A stretch of 64,000 bases of DNA. Origin: Endomicrobiales bacterium (GTDB lineage Bacteria; Elusimicrobiota; Endomicrobiia; Endomicrobiales; JALOBY01). The notes beneath the pieces were generated by a model, which ran no database searches, had not been told where the DNA came from, and saw only the letters and a list, made by a program, of their open reading frames with translations. A program made the position numbers and the translations under genes. The DNA is taken from contig CAWCNJ010000011.1 in assembly GCA_963796955.1 (NCBI GenBank), positions 1-64,000 of the forward strand. Reading direction: 5' to 3'. Below, in pieces: positions 9,076 to 20,569 of this stretch (its first letter is position 1; every line of letters starts with the position of its first letter).

Positions 9076-11379
9076 TTATTGCGGTTTGTAAGAATTCTCA
9101 AGAAAACTCCCGATACTGAAACCTTTAGTCGGGTCGTCCTTGTCCTGACGTTTTTTGCGTGCACCGGAAACACCGTTCGCACCGGCTTCCGCGCCGCCGG
9201 TCGGTTTGGCATCCGGTAATTTCCCGCCGGAGATGCGTTTCAGGGAGATGCGGCTCAGGTCAATATCAACCTCCTGCACCTCTACCTTAAGGGTATCGCC
9301 AACTTCAACCGCTTCGTAAGGGTTCTTAATAAAGCTGTCGGCGAGCTTGGAAATGTGTATAAGGCCGTCCTGATGGACGCCGATGTCAACGAAAACGCCG
9401 AAATTCGCAACGTTGGTCACATTCCCCGTAATGATCATGCCGGGAACCAGATCATTAAGGTCATTGATCGTTGAAGAGAACTGTATGCTTTTGAATTCTT
9501 CCCTGGGGTCGAGGCCCGGCTTGCGCAGCTCGCTGATAATATCCTGCAGCGTCATGATGCCGACTTCCGGGGTAACATACTGCTGGAGTTTGATCTTGTC
9601 GATAAGAGCGCTGTTGCCGGGCAGGTCCTTTGAAGAAACACCCAGGTCGGCCGCCATCTTTTCGACTATCGCGTAGGTTTCAGGGTGAATGCTGGAATTG
9701 TCCAGCGGGTTTGCCGCTCCGCGCACCCTTAAAAAACCGGCAGCCTGCTCATAGGCCTTGTCTCCCAGCTTCGCGACTTTTTTCAGTTCGGTGCGGCTCT
9801 TGAACTTACCATTATCTTTGCGGTATTTAGTAAGGTTGAGCGCTATTGAGGGGCCGATACCGGAGACGTAGCTTAAGAGCTCAGTTGACGCGGTATTAAC
9901 ATCCACCCCAACGTGGTTAACGCAGGATTCTACCGTTAAGTCGAGAGAACGTTTAAGGTCTTTCTGGTTCACATCATGCTGGTATTGGCCGACGCCGATC
10001 GCTTTTGCGTCAATTTTAACCAGTTCCGCCAGAGGGTCTTGCAGGCGGCGCGCGATGCTGATAGCGCCCCGTGCTGTAACGTCCAGGTCGGGGAATTCTT
10101 TTCCGGCGGCTTCCGATGCGGAATAAACAGAGGCCCCCGCTTCACTGACCGTGACACATTTAAGTTTAAGATTATGTTTGCGTATCAATCCCCGCACGAA
10201 CATATCGGTCTCTTTGGAACCGGTGCCGTTGCCGATGGATATCAACTCGGGCTCATATTCCTGGATCAGGTCCATCAATACGGCTTCCGATCCGATAAGG
10301 TCATTGTCCGGAGGCGTGGGGTATATAACGGAAAATTCCTTGAAATCGCCTTTTTCATCCACGACCGCCACTTTAACTCCCGAGCGGTAACCCGGGTCCA
10401 GGCCGATCGTAATGCGCGATCCCGCCGGCGGCGCCAGCAGCAGACAGCGGAGGTTTTTCGAAAATACGTTTATCGCTTCTTCCTCGGCCTTTTTGATCGC
10501 GGCGGAGAAAGCCTCTACCTGCACGGAGATCGCCATCAGGCGTGCGTAAGAGTCCGCCACCGCGGCGATCACTTCGTCCCTGAAAAGCAGATTGGGCTTA
10601 TCTTTCAACACCATACCGGTTATATTGGTCACAATGTACACATCGTCAACCAGCACTTTCCAGATCAGAACTTCTTCGACGGTACCGCGGCGAACCGCCA
10701 GCAGCCGGTGCGAGGGAGCCGTTTTAAGAGGCTCTTCGATATCGTAATAGGTGGAATATTTCGTCTTAATGTCCTTGAATTTTTCGCGGGGTGTGGATTT
10801 TATCTTGCCGTTTTCGGCGGTGTAGCTGCGCACCCAGCCGCGGATAGCCGCGGTGTCGGCAACGCGCTCGGCGATAATATCTTTCGCGCCGTTAACCGCT
10901 TCCTTGTAGTCAGCGACATTTTTCTCTTTAAGGATGAAGGGAGCGACAAGTTCCTCTTTTGTTTTTGCCGTGCCGAAGGTGTTCATTAATATATCGGCGA
11001 GCGGTTCAAGACCTTTTTCCTTGGCAGCGACGGCGCGGGTCTTAACCTTGATCTTAAAGGGCAGGTAAATGTCTTCCAGCAGGGTTTTATCGGTGCAATC
11101 CAGTATCTTCTTGCGCAGTTCATCGGTCATCTTTTTCTGCGTCTCGATGCTCTTCATGATAGCGGCTTTGCGCTCTTCCAGCTCGCGGTAATAGGCAAGG
11201 CGGTCGGAAATATTTCTGATAGCGACTTCATCAAGGCCGCCGGTCTTTTCTTTGCGGTAGCGGGCTATAAAAGGGATCGTAGCGTCCTGCTCCAGCAGCA
11301 TCACGGTACTGACAACCGCGTCTATAGGTAGATTGACATCTTTCTGGATAGAATTGATTACAAAAAGCGCGCCGTCCAT
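9076..11379 (-). CDS. tex: Tex family transcription accessory protein (YqgF-like, HhH, S1)
   Basis: [58 protein letters not shown]. Confidence 0.96.
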   Translation of the reverse strand: MDGALFVINSIQKDVNLPIDAVVSTVMLLEQDATIPFIARYRKEKTGGLDEVAIRNISDRLAYYRELEERKAAIMKSIETQKKMTDELRKKILDCTDKTLLEDIYLPFKIKVKTRAVAAKEKGLEPLADILMNTFGTAKTKEELVAPFILKEKNVADYKEAVNGAKDIIAERVADTAAIRGWVRSYTAENGKIKSTPREKFKDIKTKYSTYYDIEEPLKTAPSHRLLAVRRGTVEEVLIWKVLVDDVYIVTNITGMVLKDKPNLLFRDEVIAAVADSYARLMAISVQVEAFSAAIKKAEEEAINVFSKNLRCLLLAPPAGSRITIGLDPGYRSGVKVAVVDEKGDFKEFSVIYPTPPDNDLIGSEAVLMDLIQEYEPELISIGNGTGSKETDMFVRGLIRKHNLKLKCVTVSEAGASVYSASEAAGKEFPDLDVTARGAISIARRLQDPLAELVKIDAKAIGVGQYQHDVNQKDLKRSLDLTVESCVNHVGVDVNTASTELLSYVSGIGPSIALNLTKYRKDNGKFKSRTELKKVAKLGDKAYEQAAGFLRVRGAANPLDNSSIHPETYAIVEKMAADLGVSSKDLPGNSALIDKIKLQQYVTPEVGIMTLQDIISELRKPGLDPREEFKSIQFSSTINDLNDLVPGMIITGNVTNVANFGVFVDIGVHQDGLIHISKLADSFIKNPYEAVEVGDTLKVEVQEVDIDLSRISLKRISGGKLPDAKPTGGAEAGANGVSGARKKRQDKDDPTKGFSIGSFLENSYKPQ

Positions 11380-11484
11380 TACGTACTCCTCTCTGTCGCG
11401 CCCCGCCTGGGCGGGGCATAAATTATTCCTGCTTCGAATTGGCTTATTGTAGCTAATTATAACGGTTTGAACAAGACCGGCATA

Positions 11485-11521
11485 AAAAAACAGGGCTGCA
11501 TATCTGCAGGACCTGTTTTTT
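11485..11521 (-). terminator. Intrinsic terminator closing the oxidative-stress cluster
   Basis: AAAAAACAGG-GCTGCA-TATC-TGCAGGA-CCTGTTTTTT hairpin with T tracts on both strands. Confidence 0.7.
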
Positions 11522-11548
11522 AATAATCTATTGATAATACAATGTTTT

Positions 11549-12124
11549 TTACTTGTATTGTTTTGCCAGTTCTCTTGCTTTCGCGGTTATTTCTTCCTTT
11601 GATTTGCCGCTGGTCGAGATAGCGAACGATGAATCCACCGCTCCGCCTTTTAATTGTACATGGTTCGTTATCGCGGCCAAAGCGGCCTTTGAGCTGTTCC
11701 CGCCAAGCGTTACAAAAACGACTACTTTTTTCCCGGCAAAGGAAAGCTGGTCTATGGCGCCATTCAGTTCCGGGGACTGCATTCCGAACCAGACCGGCGA
11801 ACCGATAAAAACGCGATCGTATTTCGACAGATCAACGGCTATCGGTTTAACCGGCCAGGACTTTTCTTTGCGCGCCGCAAAAGCGCCTTGTATGTATGCC
11901 TTAAATTTCCCCGGTTTCTGCACATCTTCTACCTGCACCAGGTCGGAGCCCAGTTCAGCCGCGATACCTGCCGCCGCCGCCGCTGTGTTGCCGGTATATG
12001 AATAATAGATGACCAAACTTTTCATCGGTTCCCCCTTTTTTTGTTCAACTATTTGCCCGGCATTCACCGCGACGGACGCGGCTATCAACACCAGCACGGT
12101 TAACATACATTTCAGCAGTTTCAT
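11549..12124 (-). CDS. Flavodoxin-like protein with N-terminal signal peptide
   Basis: LVIYYSYTGNT FMN loop, YDRVFIGSPVW; hydrophobic N-terminus ending in VNA. Confidence 0.85.
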   Translation of the reverse strand: MKLLKCMLTVLVLIAASVAVNAGQIVEQKKGEPMKSLVIYYSYTGNTAAAAAGIAAELGSDLVQVEDVQKPGKFKAYIQGAFAARKEKSWPVKPIAVDLSKYDRVFIGSPVWFGMQSPELNGAIDQLSFAGKKVVVFVTLGGNSSKAALAAITNHVQLKGGAVDSSFAISTSGKSKEEITAKARELAKQYK

Positions 12125-12135
12125 AAGCCTCTCTC

Positions 12136-12996
12136 CTATGCGTTAGTTTTTAACAATCCGGCAAGCTTTCCGTTACGGTCCATAGCCCGAAGCGGCAGGG
12201 GGGTCGTTTCGTTCCGGTATACCGCCAACTCTCTCTCAAAAACAGGACGTGCTGAGTTACGGTACAACACACCCAACGCCATTTTTTCGCCGGACAAGGC
12301 CAACGCCAAAGCGGCCTCCCGGTCGGAAGGATCATGCGTTTCACTCACATAATAGCTGTTGTCTTTATACCACTGAAAGGTATTAACTTTATTGAAGGTA
12401 ACACAGGCCTGTAAAATATCCACCAGCGCATAGCCGGGATGTTGAATAGCCTGTTTTATGATCTCTTTTGTTTTTTCGATATCGCTGGCAAGGCAGCGCG
12501 CCACAAAAGAGGCGTTAAGCGTTATCGCCACCGCCACGGGATTGAACGGTTCTTCTTTAACGCCCTCTAATTGCACCGGCGTATGGAACCCTATCTGGCT
12601 GGTAGGCGAAGCCTGGCCCTTGGTAAGCCCGTAGACCATATTATTGTGCACGATATTCGTTATGTCAGGATTACGGCGGATGGTATGGATAAAATGATTC
12701 CCGCCTTCTCCATACGAACAACCGTCCCCGCTCTCCGCTATAACGGTAAGGCCCGGGTTAACCGCCTTTATCGCCGTTGCCGGCGGCAATGAACGCCCGT
12801 GCAACCCGTTAAAAAAATTGCACTTGATATAATGCGGCGTCTTAGCCGCCTGCCCGATGCCCGAACAAATAACCAGGTTCTTCGGCTCAATATTCAGTTC
12901 CGCCAACGCCTTTTTAAGCGCGCTCAAGATAGCGAAATTCCCGCACCCCGGACACCACGCATTCTCTTCCGCTACATTATAATCTTTCGGTTCCAT
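12136..12996 (-). CDS. 2-oxoacid:ferredoxin oxidoreductase beta subunit (TPP-binding)
   Basis: [37 protein letters not shown]. Confidence 0.95.
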   Translation of the reverse strand: MEPKDYNVAEENAWCPGCGNFAILSALKKALAELNIEPKNLVICSGIGQAAKTPHYIKCNFFNGLHGRSLPPATAIKAVNPGLTVIAESGDGCSYGEGGNHFIHTIRRNPDITNIVHNNMVYGLTKGQASPTSQIGFHTPVQLEGVKEEPFNPVAVAITLNASFVARCLASDIEKTKEIIKQAIQHPGYALVDILQACVTFNKVNTFQWYKDNSYYVSETHDPSDREAALALALSGEKMALGVLYRNSARPVFERELAVYRNETTPLPLRAMDRNGKLAGLLKTNA

Positions 12997-13004
12997 AAGT
13001 TTCC

Positions 13005-14693
13005 TCACACAAGCTTTAACGCTATCTCTTCGACGCTGAATGGCAGGCCGTTGTACTTTAGTATCTTATTCTTTATATTTATCCCGAACTGGAGTTTTAA
13101 TAGTTTGGCGAATTGGGCGGCGTAGTTGTTCTCTACGATCGTGACGGAGGCGGCGCGTTTTATATAGTCTTCGGCGACTCTTGCGATGGGCCAGACCTGG
13201 GAGAAATGCAGGATGGCGGTGTCTTTCGCGCCGGAGAGTTTCACGGCCTCTTCTACCATCGGGCGGGTGGAGCCCCAGCAGATAATTAACTTTGTGTAGT
13301 CACCGGGGCCTATGAGCGTCGGAGGGACGGCATCGGCGAGCAGGCCGTCGTTCTTTTTCATCCGTTTTTCAACCATCCGCGCCCTGACCGTCTGATCTTC
13401 CGTAATGCGGCTGTCTTCGGTGTGTTCGTCGCTGTCTACCAGTACCAGGCCCTCTCCGTTGCCGGGTATGCCTCTGGGAGAAACACCGTTATCGGTTAAT
13501 GTATAGCGTTGATAATCCGCAGTCGTTTTTACCACATGGTTTTCTATTGAGAAGGTGCTTATATCGGGAGCCGGAAAGTTATAGTAGGAATCCGCGAAAT
13601 ACTGGTCGTACATTATGAATACCGGGGATTGATGCTTATCGGCGATATTAAAAGCGCGCTGTGAAAGAGTGATACCTTCTTCGATAGTACCTGGCGCGAA
13701 GATCGCTCTTGGATAATCTCCGTGGCCGGCATACAAGGCCATCTCCAGGTCGCCCTGCTCCGTTCTGGTCGGCAGGCCGGTTGCGGGGGCGGGCCGCTGG
13801 CCCAGGGCTATCACGACGGGTGTTTCCAGCATCCCTGAAAGCGAGACACCTTCTATCATCAAGGCGAAACCGCCGCCGGCTGTCGTTACCATTCCCCGTG
13901 CTCCCGCGTACCAGGAAGCGACGGCCATATTAATGGCGGCTATCTCGTCTTCGGCTTGTTCCGCGATAACATCGAACGTTCCGGCGTTCTGAGCCAGGTA
14001 CGTAAAAACACCGGTCGAGGGGGTCATCGGATACGCGGCTATAAAATTACAGCCTCCCGCCAGAGCGCCAAAACCCATCGCCTCGGCGCCGCTGAGAAGC
14101 GTTTCGGAGCGAACGTTGTCGGAAGCGGTAAGTTGTACGTTTACCATTCCGGTATCGGAGAGTCCCGCGCCGATCGCGAAGCCTCTTTGAAGGGCAGCGA
14201 TATTCTTCGGTATCGTGTCGGTTTTTTTGGCAAAAATGCTTTTTATCAAGCCCTCGGCTTCAGCGGGTTCAATGTTGAATATGCCCGCCAGCACGCCAAC
14301 AGCGATGATATTAGCGTATATCGCACCGCCTACGTCGGCGGACAATTTTGCCAGCTGAATATCGATCAACGGAAGGCTGGTCTTAAGAGCGGCCTTATCG
14401 CCCAGGATCACGGTTTCCGGCTTAATGCGGCCGGCAAGATGTGTTATCGCATCGCTGTCCAGCGGAAGCAGGATATCGATGCGTTCACGATACGCCCGTA
14501 CAGACGTTGAGGAGACACGTAAGGTTGTGGAGTTGCTGCCCCCGCGTACGCGCGACATATATTCTTTCGTCGCGTAAACATTAAAGCCGGCCTTGATGAA
14601 CAAACGGGAGAGCAGATGCTCGACCGTTTGAATACCCTGGCCGGCTTCGCCGCAGAGAACTATGGTAACGTCGTCGTTAAAACGCGCCGCCAT
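13005..14693 (-). CDS. 2-oxoacid:ferredoxin oxidoreductase alpha (gamma-alpha fused) subunit
   Basis: [39 protein letters not shown]. Confidence 0.95.
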   Translation of the reverse strand: MAARFNDDVTIVLCGEAGQGIQTVEHLLSRLFIKAGFNVYATKEYMSRVRGGSNSTTLRVSSTSVRAYRERIDILLPLDSDAITHLAGRIKPETVILGDKAALKTSLPLIDIQLAKLSADVGGAIYANIIAVGVLAGIFNIEPAEAEGLIKSIFAKKTDTIPKNIAALQRGFAIGAGLSDTGMVNVQLTASDNVRSETLLSGAEAMGFGALAGGCNFIAAYPMTPSTGVFTYLAQNAGTFDVIAEQAEDEIAAINMAVASWYAGARGMVTTAGGGFALMIEGVSLSGMLETPVVIALGQRPAPATGLPTRTEQGDLEMALYAGHGDYPRAIFAPGTIEEGITLSQRAFNIADKHQSPVFIMYDQYFADSYYNFPAPDISTFSIENHVVKTTADYQRYTLTDNGVSPRGIPGNGEGLVLVDSDEHTEDSRITEDQTVRARMVEKRMKKNDGLLADAVPPTLIGPGDYTKLIICWGSTRPMVEEAVKLSGAKDTAILHFSQVWPIARVAEDYIKRAASVTIVENNYAAQFAKLLKLQFGINIKNKILKYNGLPFSVEEIALKLV

Positions 14694-14695
14694 TT

Positions 14696-15271
14696 TTAAT
14701 AGTTCTCGGCTTTCAACTCAAAATGATCCTTTGGATGCAGGCAGGCCGGGCAGCGGTCGGGTGCTGCCTCGCCTTCAAAATGAAAGCCGCAGTTATGGCA
14801 GCGCCAGATCTTTTTCGCATCTTTTTTGAAGACGATACCCTTTTCCACGTTATCGGCAAGTTTATTATAACGGGCTTCATGGCCGGTTTCTGCGACCGCG
14901 ATCATGTTGAAAGCTCTTGCGACTTCGGGGAAACCTTCCTTCTCGGCGACGGAGGCAAAATCCGGGTACAATGTGCCCCACTCGAATTTCTCGCCCGCGG
15001 CGGCGGCCCGTAAGTTTTCCAGGGTCGTGCCTGTTTTGCCGGCCGGGTAAGCCGCGGTTATCTCCACATCCCCGCCCTCAAGAAAATTAAAGAAACGTTT
15101 CGCGTGCTCTTTCTCATTTTCAGCGGTATCGGCGAAAATATTGGCTATCTGCACATATCCTTCTTTTCTCGCCGCGCTTGAGAAATAGGTGTAGCGGTTC
15201 CGTGCCTGGGATTCTCCGGCGAAGGCCTTCAGTAAATTCTTTTCCGTCTGGCTTCCCTTAATTGACTTCAT
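14696..15271 (-). CDS. rbr: Rubrerythrin
   Basis: AFAGESQARNRY, EKEHA, C-terminal CHNCG...CPAC rubredoxin-like site. Confidence 0.97.
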   Translation of the reverse strand: MKSIKGSQTEKNLLKAFAGESQARNRYTYFSSAARKEGYVQIANIFADTAENEKEHAKRFFNFLEGGDVEITAAYPAGKTGTTLENLRAAAAGEKFEWGTLYPDFASVAEKEGFPEVARAFNMIAVAETGHEARYNKLADNVEKGIVFKKDAKKIWRCHNCGFHFEGEAAPDRCPACLHPKDHFELKAENY

Positions 15272-15282
15272 GGCGTTATCTC

Positions 15283-16119
15283 CTATCTTAGTTTGAATTC
15301 ACTCATTTCTTTAACTGCGAACACCTTGATCTTACAATCCTCCTGCCTGCAAAGCTGTTTGTACAGCTTTTCTATCGATTGCAATTCCTTGTCTTCACGC
15401 GAGGGGTCGTGATGGAAAAACCCAAGCTGCTTTACCCCCGCCTGTTTCGCAAGCTCATACGCACGGCTGAAGGTTGAATGGCCCCAGCCGATGCGTTTGG
15501 GGTATTCTTCATCGGTGAATTGCGCGTCATGGATCAGCAGGTCGGCCCCGCGGCAAAACTCAACGAACCCTTCGAACTTCGTGACCGGTTCGGCGGCATT
15601 AAGTTCGCTGTCGGTAATAAAGACGAACGCGCTTTTTCCGGTCTCCACCCGCACGCCGTAGGTTGCCATCGGGTGGTTCGTCTGGATAGTGCGCACCACG
15701 CAGCCGGCAAGGTTTGTGACATTGCCGCAAACATCGCTAAAGGATATTTTAGCTTTCAGGTCGGCGAAGCTTACCGGGAAGTACTCATGGGACATCTGCC
15801 CGGCGAGGATATCCTTCAGGTTCTTATACGAGCTATTGCAGCCGAGTATATTTATGGACGTATTCTCGCTGTACATCGGCATGAAGAACGGCATTCCCTG
15901 TATATGGTCCCAATGAGAATGCGTCAGTATCATGTCTATCTCGGATTGTTTTCGTTTTAAGAGCTCTTCGCCGAGCCTTCGTATCCCGGTGCCCGCGTCT
16001 ATGATCAGCACGCGTTCGCCAAGGTCCACTTCCACGCAGGTGGTATTGCCGCCGAACTTTATCATCCGGCGGTCCGGCACCGGGATAGAACCCCGGCATC
16101 CCCAGATCTTAATTCTCAC
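15283..16119 (-). CDS. Metallo-beta-lactamase-fold hydrolase (phosphodiesterase-like)
   Basis: WGCRGSIP, GGNTTC, IDAGTG, THSHWDHIQG, GWGHS, FHHDP. Confidence 0.9.
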   Translation of the reverse strand: MRIKIWGCRGSIPVPDRRMIKFGGNTTCVEVDLGERVLIIDAGTGIRRLGEELLKRKQSEIDMILTHSHWDHIQGMPFFMPMYSENTSINILGCNSSYKNLKDILAGQMSHEYFPVSFADLKAKISFSDVCGNVTNLAGCVVRTIQTNHPMATYGVRVETGKSAFVFITDSELNAAEPVTKFEGFVEFCRGADLLIHDAQFTDEEYPKRIGWGHSTFSRAYELAKQAGVKQLGFFHHDPSREDKELQSIEKLYKQLCRQEDCKIKVFAVKEMSEFKLR

Positions 16120-16140
16120 AAAACCCCCACGATCGTAGTA

Positions 16141-16629
16141 TTATTTACCGCGTTTGCCAAGGTGATGGTCAAGGGCGAACACACCGCCGATGCTTGATCC
16201 GGCCATCTGCAGGGACTGCACTATCTCGGCTGTCTGGCGTTCTTCTTCAACCTGTTCAGAAACGAACCATTGCAGGAAATGCACGGTCGCAAGGTCTTTT
16301 TCAGCTTCAGCCAGAGCAACGATTTCATATATGGCGGAAGTTATCATCAGTTCATGCGTATAGGCCGCTTCAAAGGCCTCCAGCGGGGTTTTCCACGACT
16401 GCTGGGGTTCCGCCAGGGCCGAAAGTTTGACCTTCGCGCTGCAATCCAGGATGAATTTGAATATTTTATCGCCGTGCGTGTGCTCTTCGCCCGCCTGCGC
16501 TTTGAACCACTGGGCAAGACCTCTGAAACCCTTCGCATCCATATCGGCAGACATCGCCAGGTACAGATATTCCGAGAAAAATTCCTTATTTATCTGTGCG
16601 TTAAGCGCGGCAAGTACTTTATCTTTCAT
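16141..16629 (-). CDS. ftn: Non-heme ferritin
   Basis: LNAQINKE, YLYLAMS, EEHTH, FLQWFVSEQVEEE. Confidence 0.95.
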   Translation of the reverse strand: MKDKVLAALNAQINKEFFSEYLYLAMSADMDAKGFRGLAQWFKAQAGEEHTHGDKIFKFILDCSAKVKLSALAEPQQSWKTPLEAFEAAYTHELMITSAIYEIVALAEAEKDLATVHFLQWFVSEQVEEERQTAEIVQSLQMAGSSIGGVFALDHHLGKRGK

Positions 16630-16650
16630 GGTCGGTCTCCTTTAATTTTC

Positions 16651-17025
16651 TCAGCTTTTCCAAAGTCCGTGAAGATTGCAATAGGCGCGGGCATAAGAGA
16701 CGGATGGCAGCTCGAACTGTGCTTCCGGCTTATCGCCCGGTTTAAGGTAAGCCCGGTATATTTTGTTGCCGGAGATCACCTCAATGAACTCTATGTAATG
16801 CTTTTCTTCCATCGGGTGTGCAACAGACCCCACCTTTACCAGAACGCCCGTCCCGTTCTTTTCAATGACAGGAACATGCTTCTCTTTTGAGGCGTCGACT
16901 GAATTTTCTTTCTGCAGCACCATCGGTTTGCCGCAACAGACCAGCGCGCCATCCGCCGCATGTACTAATTCAACGATGTTGCCGCAAAGCTCACACTTGT
17001 AGATCTCATTGATCGCTGTAGACAT
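16651..17025 (-). CDS. dfx: Desulfoferrodoxin (superoxide reductase)
   Basis: CELCGN...[24 protein letters not shown]. Confidence 0.97.
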   Translation of the reverse strand: MSTAINEIYKCELCGNIVELVHAADGALVCCGKPMVLQKENSVDASKEKHVPVIEKNGTGVLVKVGSVAHPMEEKHYIEFIEVISGNKIYRAYLKPGDKPEAQFELPSVSYARAYCNLHGLWKS

Positions 17026-17036
17026 TCGCTTCTCCT

Positions 17037-17567
17037 TTATTTATCTTTCTTGCCTGTGCTCTTTTCCGGTTTCGTCGCGAGCGTTTTCTTAACAGCCGCA
17101 TACGCCGCGTCTATATCCGGGCCGTAGCCGACAGCCGCGCCGTCGGGTCCTACAACAAAATTCGCGGGAATACCGCTGACGCCGTACTGCTGCGCCACCG
17201 CGGCGCCGTTATCATACAACATCGTGTATTTGATCTGCTTTTTTTCAGCGAATTTTTTAGCTTTTTCCACATCATTATCAAGATTAACAGCCAACAGTTT
17301 AAAGTTGGCATTGCCGCCATTCTCAGCTTCTATCTTATTAAGTTCCGGCACTTCATTAATGCAATAGGGACACCAGCTGGCCCCAAAGCTGAGCAACACC
17401 ACTTTTCCGCGCAGATCCTTGAGAGAATAGCTTTTACCGGAAATATCATTAAGTGTGAATTCTTTCGCCATCGCGCCTTCTTGCGAGCCTTGAGCGCCCT
17501 TGGAAGCCGCCATTAACGGACAAACGCTTAACGAGACAACAATGAATAAACTTATTAAACCACGCAT
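17037..17567 (-). CDS. TlpA/ResA-like exported thiol-disulfide oxidoreductase
   Basis: Signal peptide, [23 protein letters not shown]. Confidence 0.9.
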   Translation of the reverse strand: MRGLISLFIVVSLSVCPLMAASKGAQGSQEGAMAKEFTLNDISGKSYSLKDLRGKVVLLSFGASWCPYCINEVPELNKIEAENGGNANFKLLAVNLDNDVEKAKKFAEKKQIKYTMLYDNGAAVAQQYGVSGIPANFVVGPDGAAVGYGPDIDAAYAAVKKTLATKPEKSTGKKDK

Positions 17568-17582
17568 ACATCCTCCTTGAGC

Positions 17583-18275
17583 TTAGAACAATCTTCCGGC
17601 TTGAATGAAAAAATATTGTGAAAAAAGGAATAACAATATTCCGAAAACCCTTTTTACGTTCTTTGACGCATTTTCAGACGATATTAAAGAGGTCAGAGCA
17701 CCCGTGAATGTACCGGCAATTAAAAATACCATACCCATGCCAAGGGCGTAAACGAACAGAAGTGAACCGCCGAAAATGATGTTCTGGCTGGTGCCGACAT
17801 AGGCCAGCAATACGGCAAGGATCGCCGCCGTGCAGGGTGCCGCTATAAGCCCGGATGCGAGGCCGAGAAGGAAGGCCGGTAACAAACCCTTTTCTTTTGT
17901 CCGTATGCCGGAAAATACCGGCAAAGGGATATGTATAATATCCATGAACCACATCGCCATAAAAAGCACGACGTTGCCCATAATGACCTGCGTCCAGGGG
18001 TTTGTTTGCACCCTGCCGAACAGGCTGCCGGTAAGCGCGGCGAATATGCCAAGCGCGGTAAAGGTAACAGACATGCCGCCGACATACGCTAACGCTGTCA
18101 GGAAAGATCTGAAACGCGAGCTGTTTTGCTGCGCGCCTATATAACCGACGATTATCGGAACGACAGGTAATATGCACGGCGTAAAACCGGTAAGCACGCC
18201 GGCAGCGAAGACGAAAATATAGGTTACAGGATTGCCTGAGGAAATATTAGACGATACCAGCGCGCCAAGATCCAT
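17583..18275 (-). CDS. ccdA: CcdA/DsbD transmembrane electron-transfer protein
   Basis: FTPCILP and APCTAAIL cysteines, multiple TM helices. Confidence 0.92.
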   Translation of the reverse strand: MDLGALVSSNISSGNPVTYIFVFAAGVLTGFTPCILPVVPIIVGYIGAQQNSSRFRSFLTALAYVGGMSVTFTALGIFAALTGSLFGRVQTNPWTQVIMGNVVLFMAMWFMDIIHIPLPVFSGIRTKEKGLLPAFLLGLASGLIAAPCTAAILAVLLAYVGTSQNIIFGGSLLFVYALGMGMVFLIAGTFTGALTSLISSENASKNVKRVFGILLFLFSQYFFIQAGRLF

Positions 18276-18281
18276 GTTGCC

Positions 18282-18551
18282 TCATTTTACCGCAGATTCC
18301 AGAGAACCTTCCAGTTGTGTTTTTGACACCGCCCCTATCAGCCGGTCAACCTCGGTATTATCTTTCAGTATCAGCACCGTAGGGACTCCCAGCACACCGT
18401 ACTCTATCGCGAGTTTCGCATCAACAGAGATATCTACCTTCTGCACATCCATACGGCCCTCATACGTCTTGATAGCCTCATTGAATACCGGCTCGAATTG
18501 CGCGCACGGCACGCACGTTTTATTCTTAAAAAGCAAAACTGAAACTACCAT
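18282..18551 (-). CDS. Small thioredoxin-family protein
   Basis: CVPC active site, YGVLGVPT cis-Pro loop. Confidence 0.88.
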   Translation of the reverse strand: MVVSVLLFKNKTCVPCAQFEPVFNEAIKTYEGRMDVQKVDISVDAKLAIEYGVLGVPTVLILKDNTEVDRLIGAVSKTQLEGSLESAVK

Positions 18552-18571
18552 ACCATTACCTCCCGATACTA

Positions 18572-19768
18572 CTAAGAACCCTTAATTTTACCGGCGATAG
18601 AACGGCCGTATTCAAAACAAGCTTTCAGTTCTTCTTCGGATGCCCGCCATTTAACGGATAGCGGCGGCGCCACAATGCTGATGCCGCTTTCGGTGAGCGC
18701 GGCGTCCAGCTGTTTTATCGATTCGCCGCTCCAGCCGTAGGCCCCGAAGGCGGCCCCGAGGCGGTTCTTTATCTTCAGGCCTTTTATAAAATCCACCAGC
18801 GCGGCCATGGTCGGCAGCATGTTATTATCGTGCGTGGACGACCCAAGCAGCACCGCTTTGCAGTTCAGTATATCCTTCAAGATCTCGGTCCGGTCTGATA
18901 CCGCCACATTATACAGGCGCGCTTCAACACCGCCCTCCATAAGCCCCTCAACGATCGCCTTGGCCATATCTTCCGTCGCGTTCCACATGGTCTCGTAGCA
19001 AACCAGGGCGTCATTTTTCAACGGCAGGCCTTTCGCCCAGTTAACATACATGTTCATTATCTGTCCGGGGTTAGCCCGCCAGACGACGCCGTGGGCCGGG
19101 GCGATCGTCTTGATCGTTATGCCGCTGGCGGCGATATCAGCGATCTTCTTGGCGATCATTGAGCTGAACGGTATCAGGATGTTGGCGTAGTATTTCGCGG
19201 ATTCGTCCATCAGAATACCGGGATCGGTCTCATCGTCGAACCGTTCCGTGCTGGCCAGATGCTGGCCGAAGGCATCGTTGGAAAGCAGCAGCTCGTCTTC
19301 CGGGATATAGGTGAACATGCTGTCCGGCCAGTGGATCATGGCGGCTTCGATGAATTGGAGGGTTTTTGTGCCGAGTGAAACGGTATCGCCGGTCTTTACC
19401 GTCTGGAATTTCCAGTTGTTAGGGTAATATTTGGCAAGACCTTCTTTACATTTGGCCGTGCCGATAACGGTCGCGTTGGGACACAGCTTCATTATCTCAG
19501 GCAGGGCGCCGGAATGGTCGGTCTCAACGTGATTAGCAACCACGTATTCTATTTTAGAGGGATCAACGATCGCTTTGATATGTTCGATAAGTTCATTGGC
19601 GAATGGTCCGTAGACGGTGTCTACCAGCGCGATCTTTTTGTCCATCACCAGAAAGGCGTTATACGTTGACCCGCGGCCGGTCGTATAGGTGTAGCCATGA
19701 AAATGGCGGATATTCCAATCTACCACTCCTACGGAATATACATTATCGGCAACAGTTATCTTTTTCAT
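18572..19768 (-). CDS. fprA: Flavodiiron protein (O2/NO reductase)
   Basis: GSTYNAFL, NHVETDHSG, HWPDSM, SNDAFGQH, PAHG, flavodoxin domain FGAYGWSGE. Confidence 0.96.
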   Translation of the reverse strand: MKKITVADNVYSVGVVDWNIRHFHGYTYTTGRGSTYNAFLVMDKKIALVDTVYGPFANELIEHIKAIVDPSKIEYVVANHVETDHSGALPEIMKLCPNATVIGTAKCKEGLAKYYPNNWKFQTVKTGDTVSLGTKTLQFIEAAMIHWPDSMFTYIPEDELLLSNDAFGQHLASTERFDDETDPGILMDESAKYYANILIPFSSMIAKKIADIAASGITIKTIAPAHGVVWRANPGQIMNMYVNWAKGLPLKNDALVCYETMWNATEDMAKAIVEGLMEGGVEARLYNVAVSDRTEILKDILNCKAVLLGSSTHDNNMLPTMAALVDFIKGLKIKNRLGAAFGAYGWSGESIKQLDAALTESGISIVAPPLSVKWRASEEELKACFEYGRSIAGKIKGS

Positions 19769-19847
19769 TGAGCACCTCTGTCTTTTGTCATTCCATCTTC
19801 GCGAAACCCGCCAGATTGCGAAGCTTTCGGCGGGTTGACATTCCGTT

Positions 19848-20087
19848 TTAAGACTTTTTTACGAACCCGTGATATATGGCGCCTTCCTTAACGATCCCCA
19901 GGCATTTCTCGCCGGTCATTTCACACCATTTCGGGAGGTCCTTCTCAAAGCCGGGATCGTCTGCGAGCACTTCCAGCACCTGGCCGGGGCGCATTTTTTC
20001 CATCTCAAATTTTGTTTTCACCACCGGCATGGGACAAAACAGGCCCGTGCAATCTATTTTCTCGTCAGCATTCGGTTTTTTTTCCAT
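19848..20087 (-). CDS. tusA: TusA-family sulfur carrier
   Basis: IDCTGLFCPMP, LEVLADD. Confidence 0.92.
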   Translation of the reverse strand: MEKKPNADEKIDCTGLFCPMPVVKTKFEMEKMRPGQVLEVLADDPGFEKDLPKWCEMTGEKCLGIVKEGAIYHGFVKKS

Positions 20088-20097
20088 ATGAACACCT

Positions 20098-20568
20098 TTA
20101 AATAAATAAATTTACTTTAGATTGCCTCGCCTCGGCAAGATAACTGGCTGCGCCCGCGTACTCATCAACTTCTTCTGCCAGGGAAGATCTATCAAGGCCG
20201 AGCACGCCGCAGCTGGTGGTGCAGGCGATGTATTTTACGTTCAACTGCCTGGCGGTCTTCATAAGGTCTTCCAGTGATGCCATGCCGCCGCTTTTCATCA
20301 TTTTTTTCATCATCCAGGGACCGAGCCCGAACATATTAAGGCGCGAGACCGGCAGAGCTGCAGTGCTGAAAACGTTGAACATTTTCTGGAACAAGGACTT
20401 CGGACCGCTGACCGTGAACATGGACTTTTTTATGATATTCAGTCCCCAGAAGGTAAAGAATATAGTCACATCCATGCCGCTGGCCGCCGCTGTAGTGGCG
20501 AGGGTGAAAGCCGCTATCGCTTTATCCATATCCCCGGAGAACATGATAATAGTCATCTTCTCTTTCAT
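20098..20568 (-). CDS. DsrE/DrsE2-family sulfur relay protein
   Basis: FSGDMDKA, IFFTFWGL, ACTTSC; real start MKEKMT at 20568. Confidence 0.9.
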   Translation of the reverse strand: MKEKMTIIMFSGDMDKAIAAFTLATTAAASGMDVTIFFTFWGLNIIKKSMFTVSGPKSLFQKMFNVFSTAALPVSRLNMFGLGPWMMKKMMKSGGMASLEDLMKTARQLNVKYIACTTSCGVLGLDRSSLAEEVDEYAGAASYLAEARQSKVNLFI

Positions 20569-20569
20569 A

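Noticed and set aside
9054..9212. N-terminal extension of the GT2 ORF
   Set aside because: Overlaps the tex 3' end; the real start is ATG 9053 with SD GGAG
9976..10989. 337-aa plus-strand ORF
   Set aside because: Antisense shadow of tex; no motifs
19790..19845. Hairpin between tusA and fprA as a riboswitch
   Set aside because: Short stem (AACCCGCC/GGCGGGTT) without U tract or aptamer features; at most a stability element
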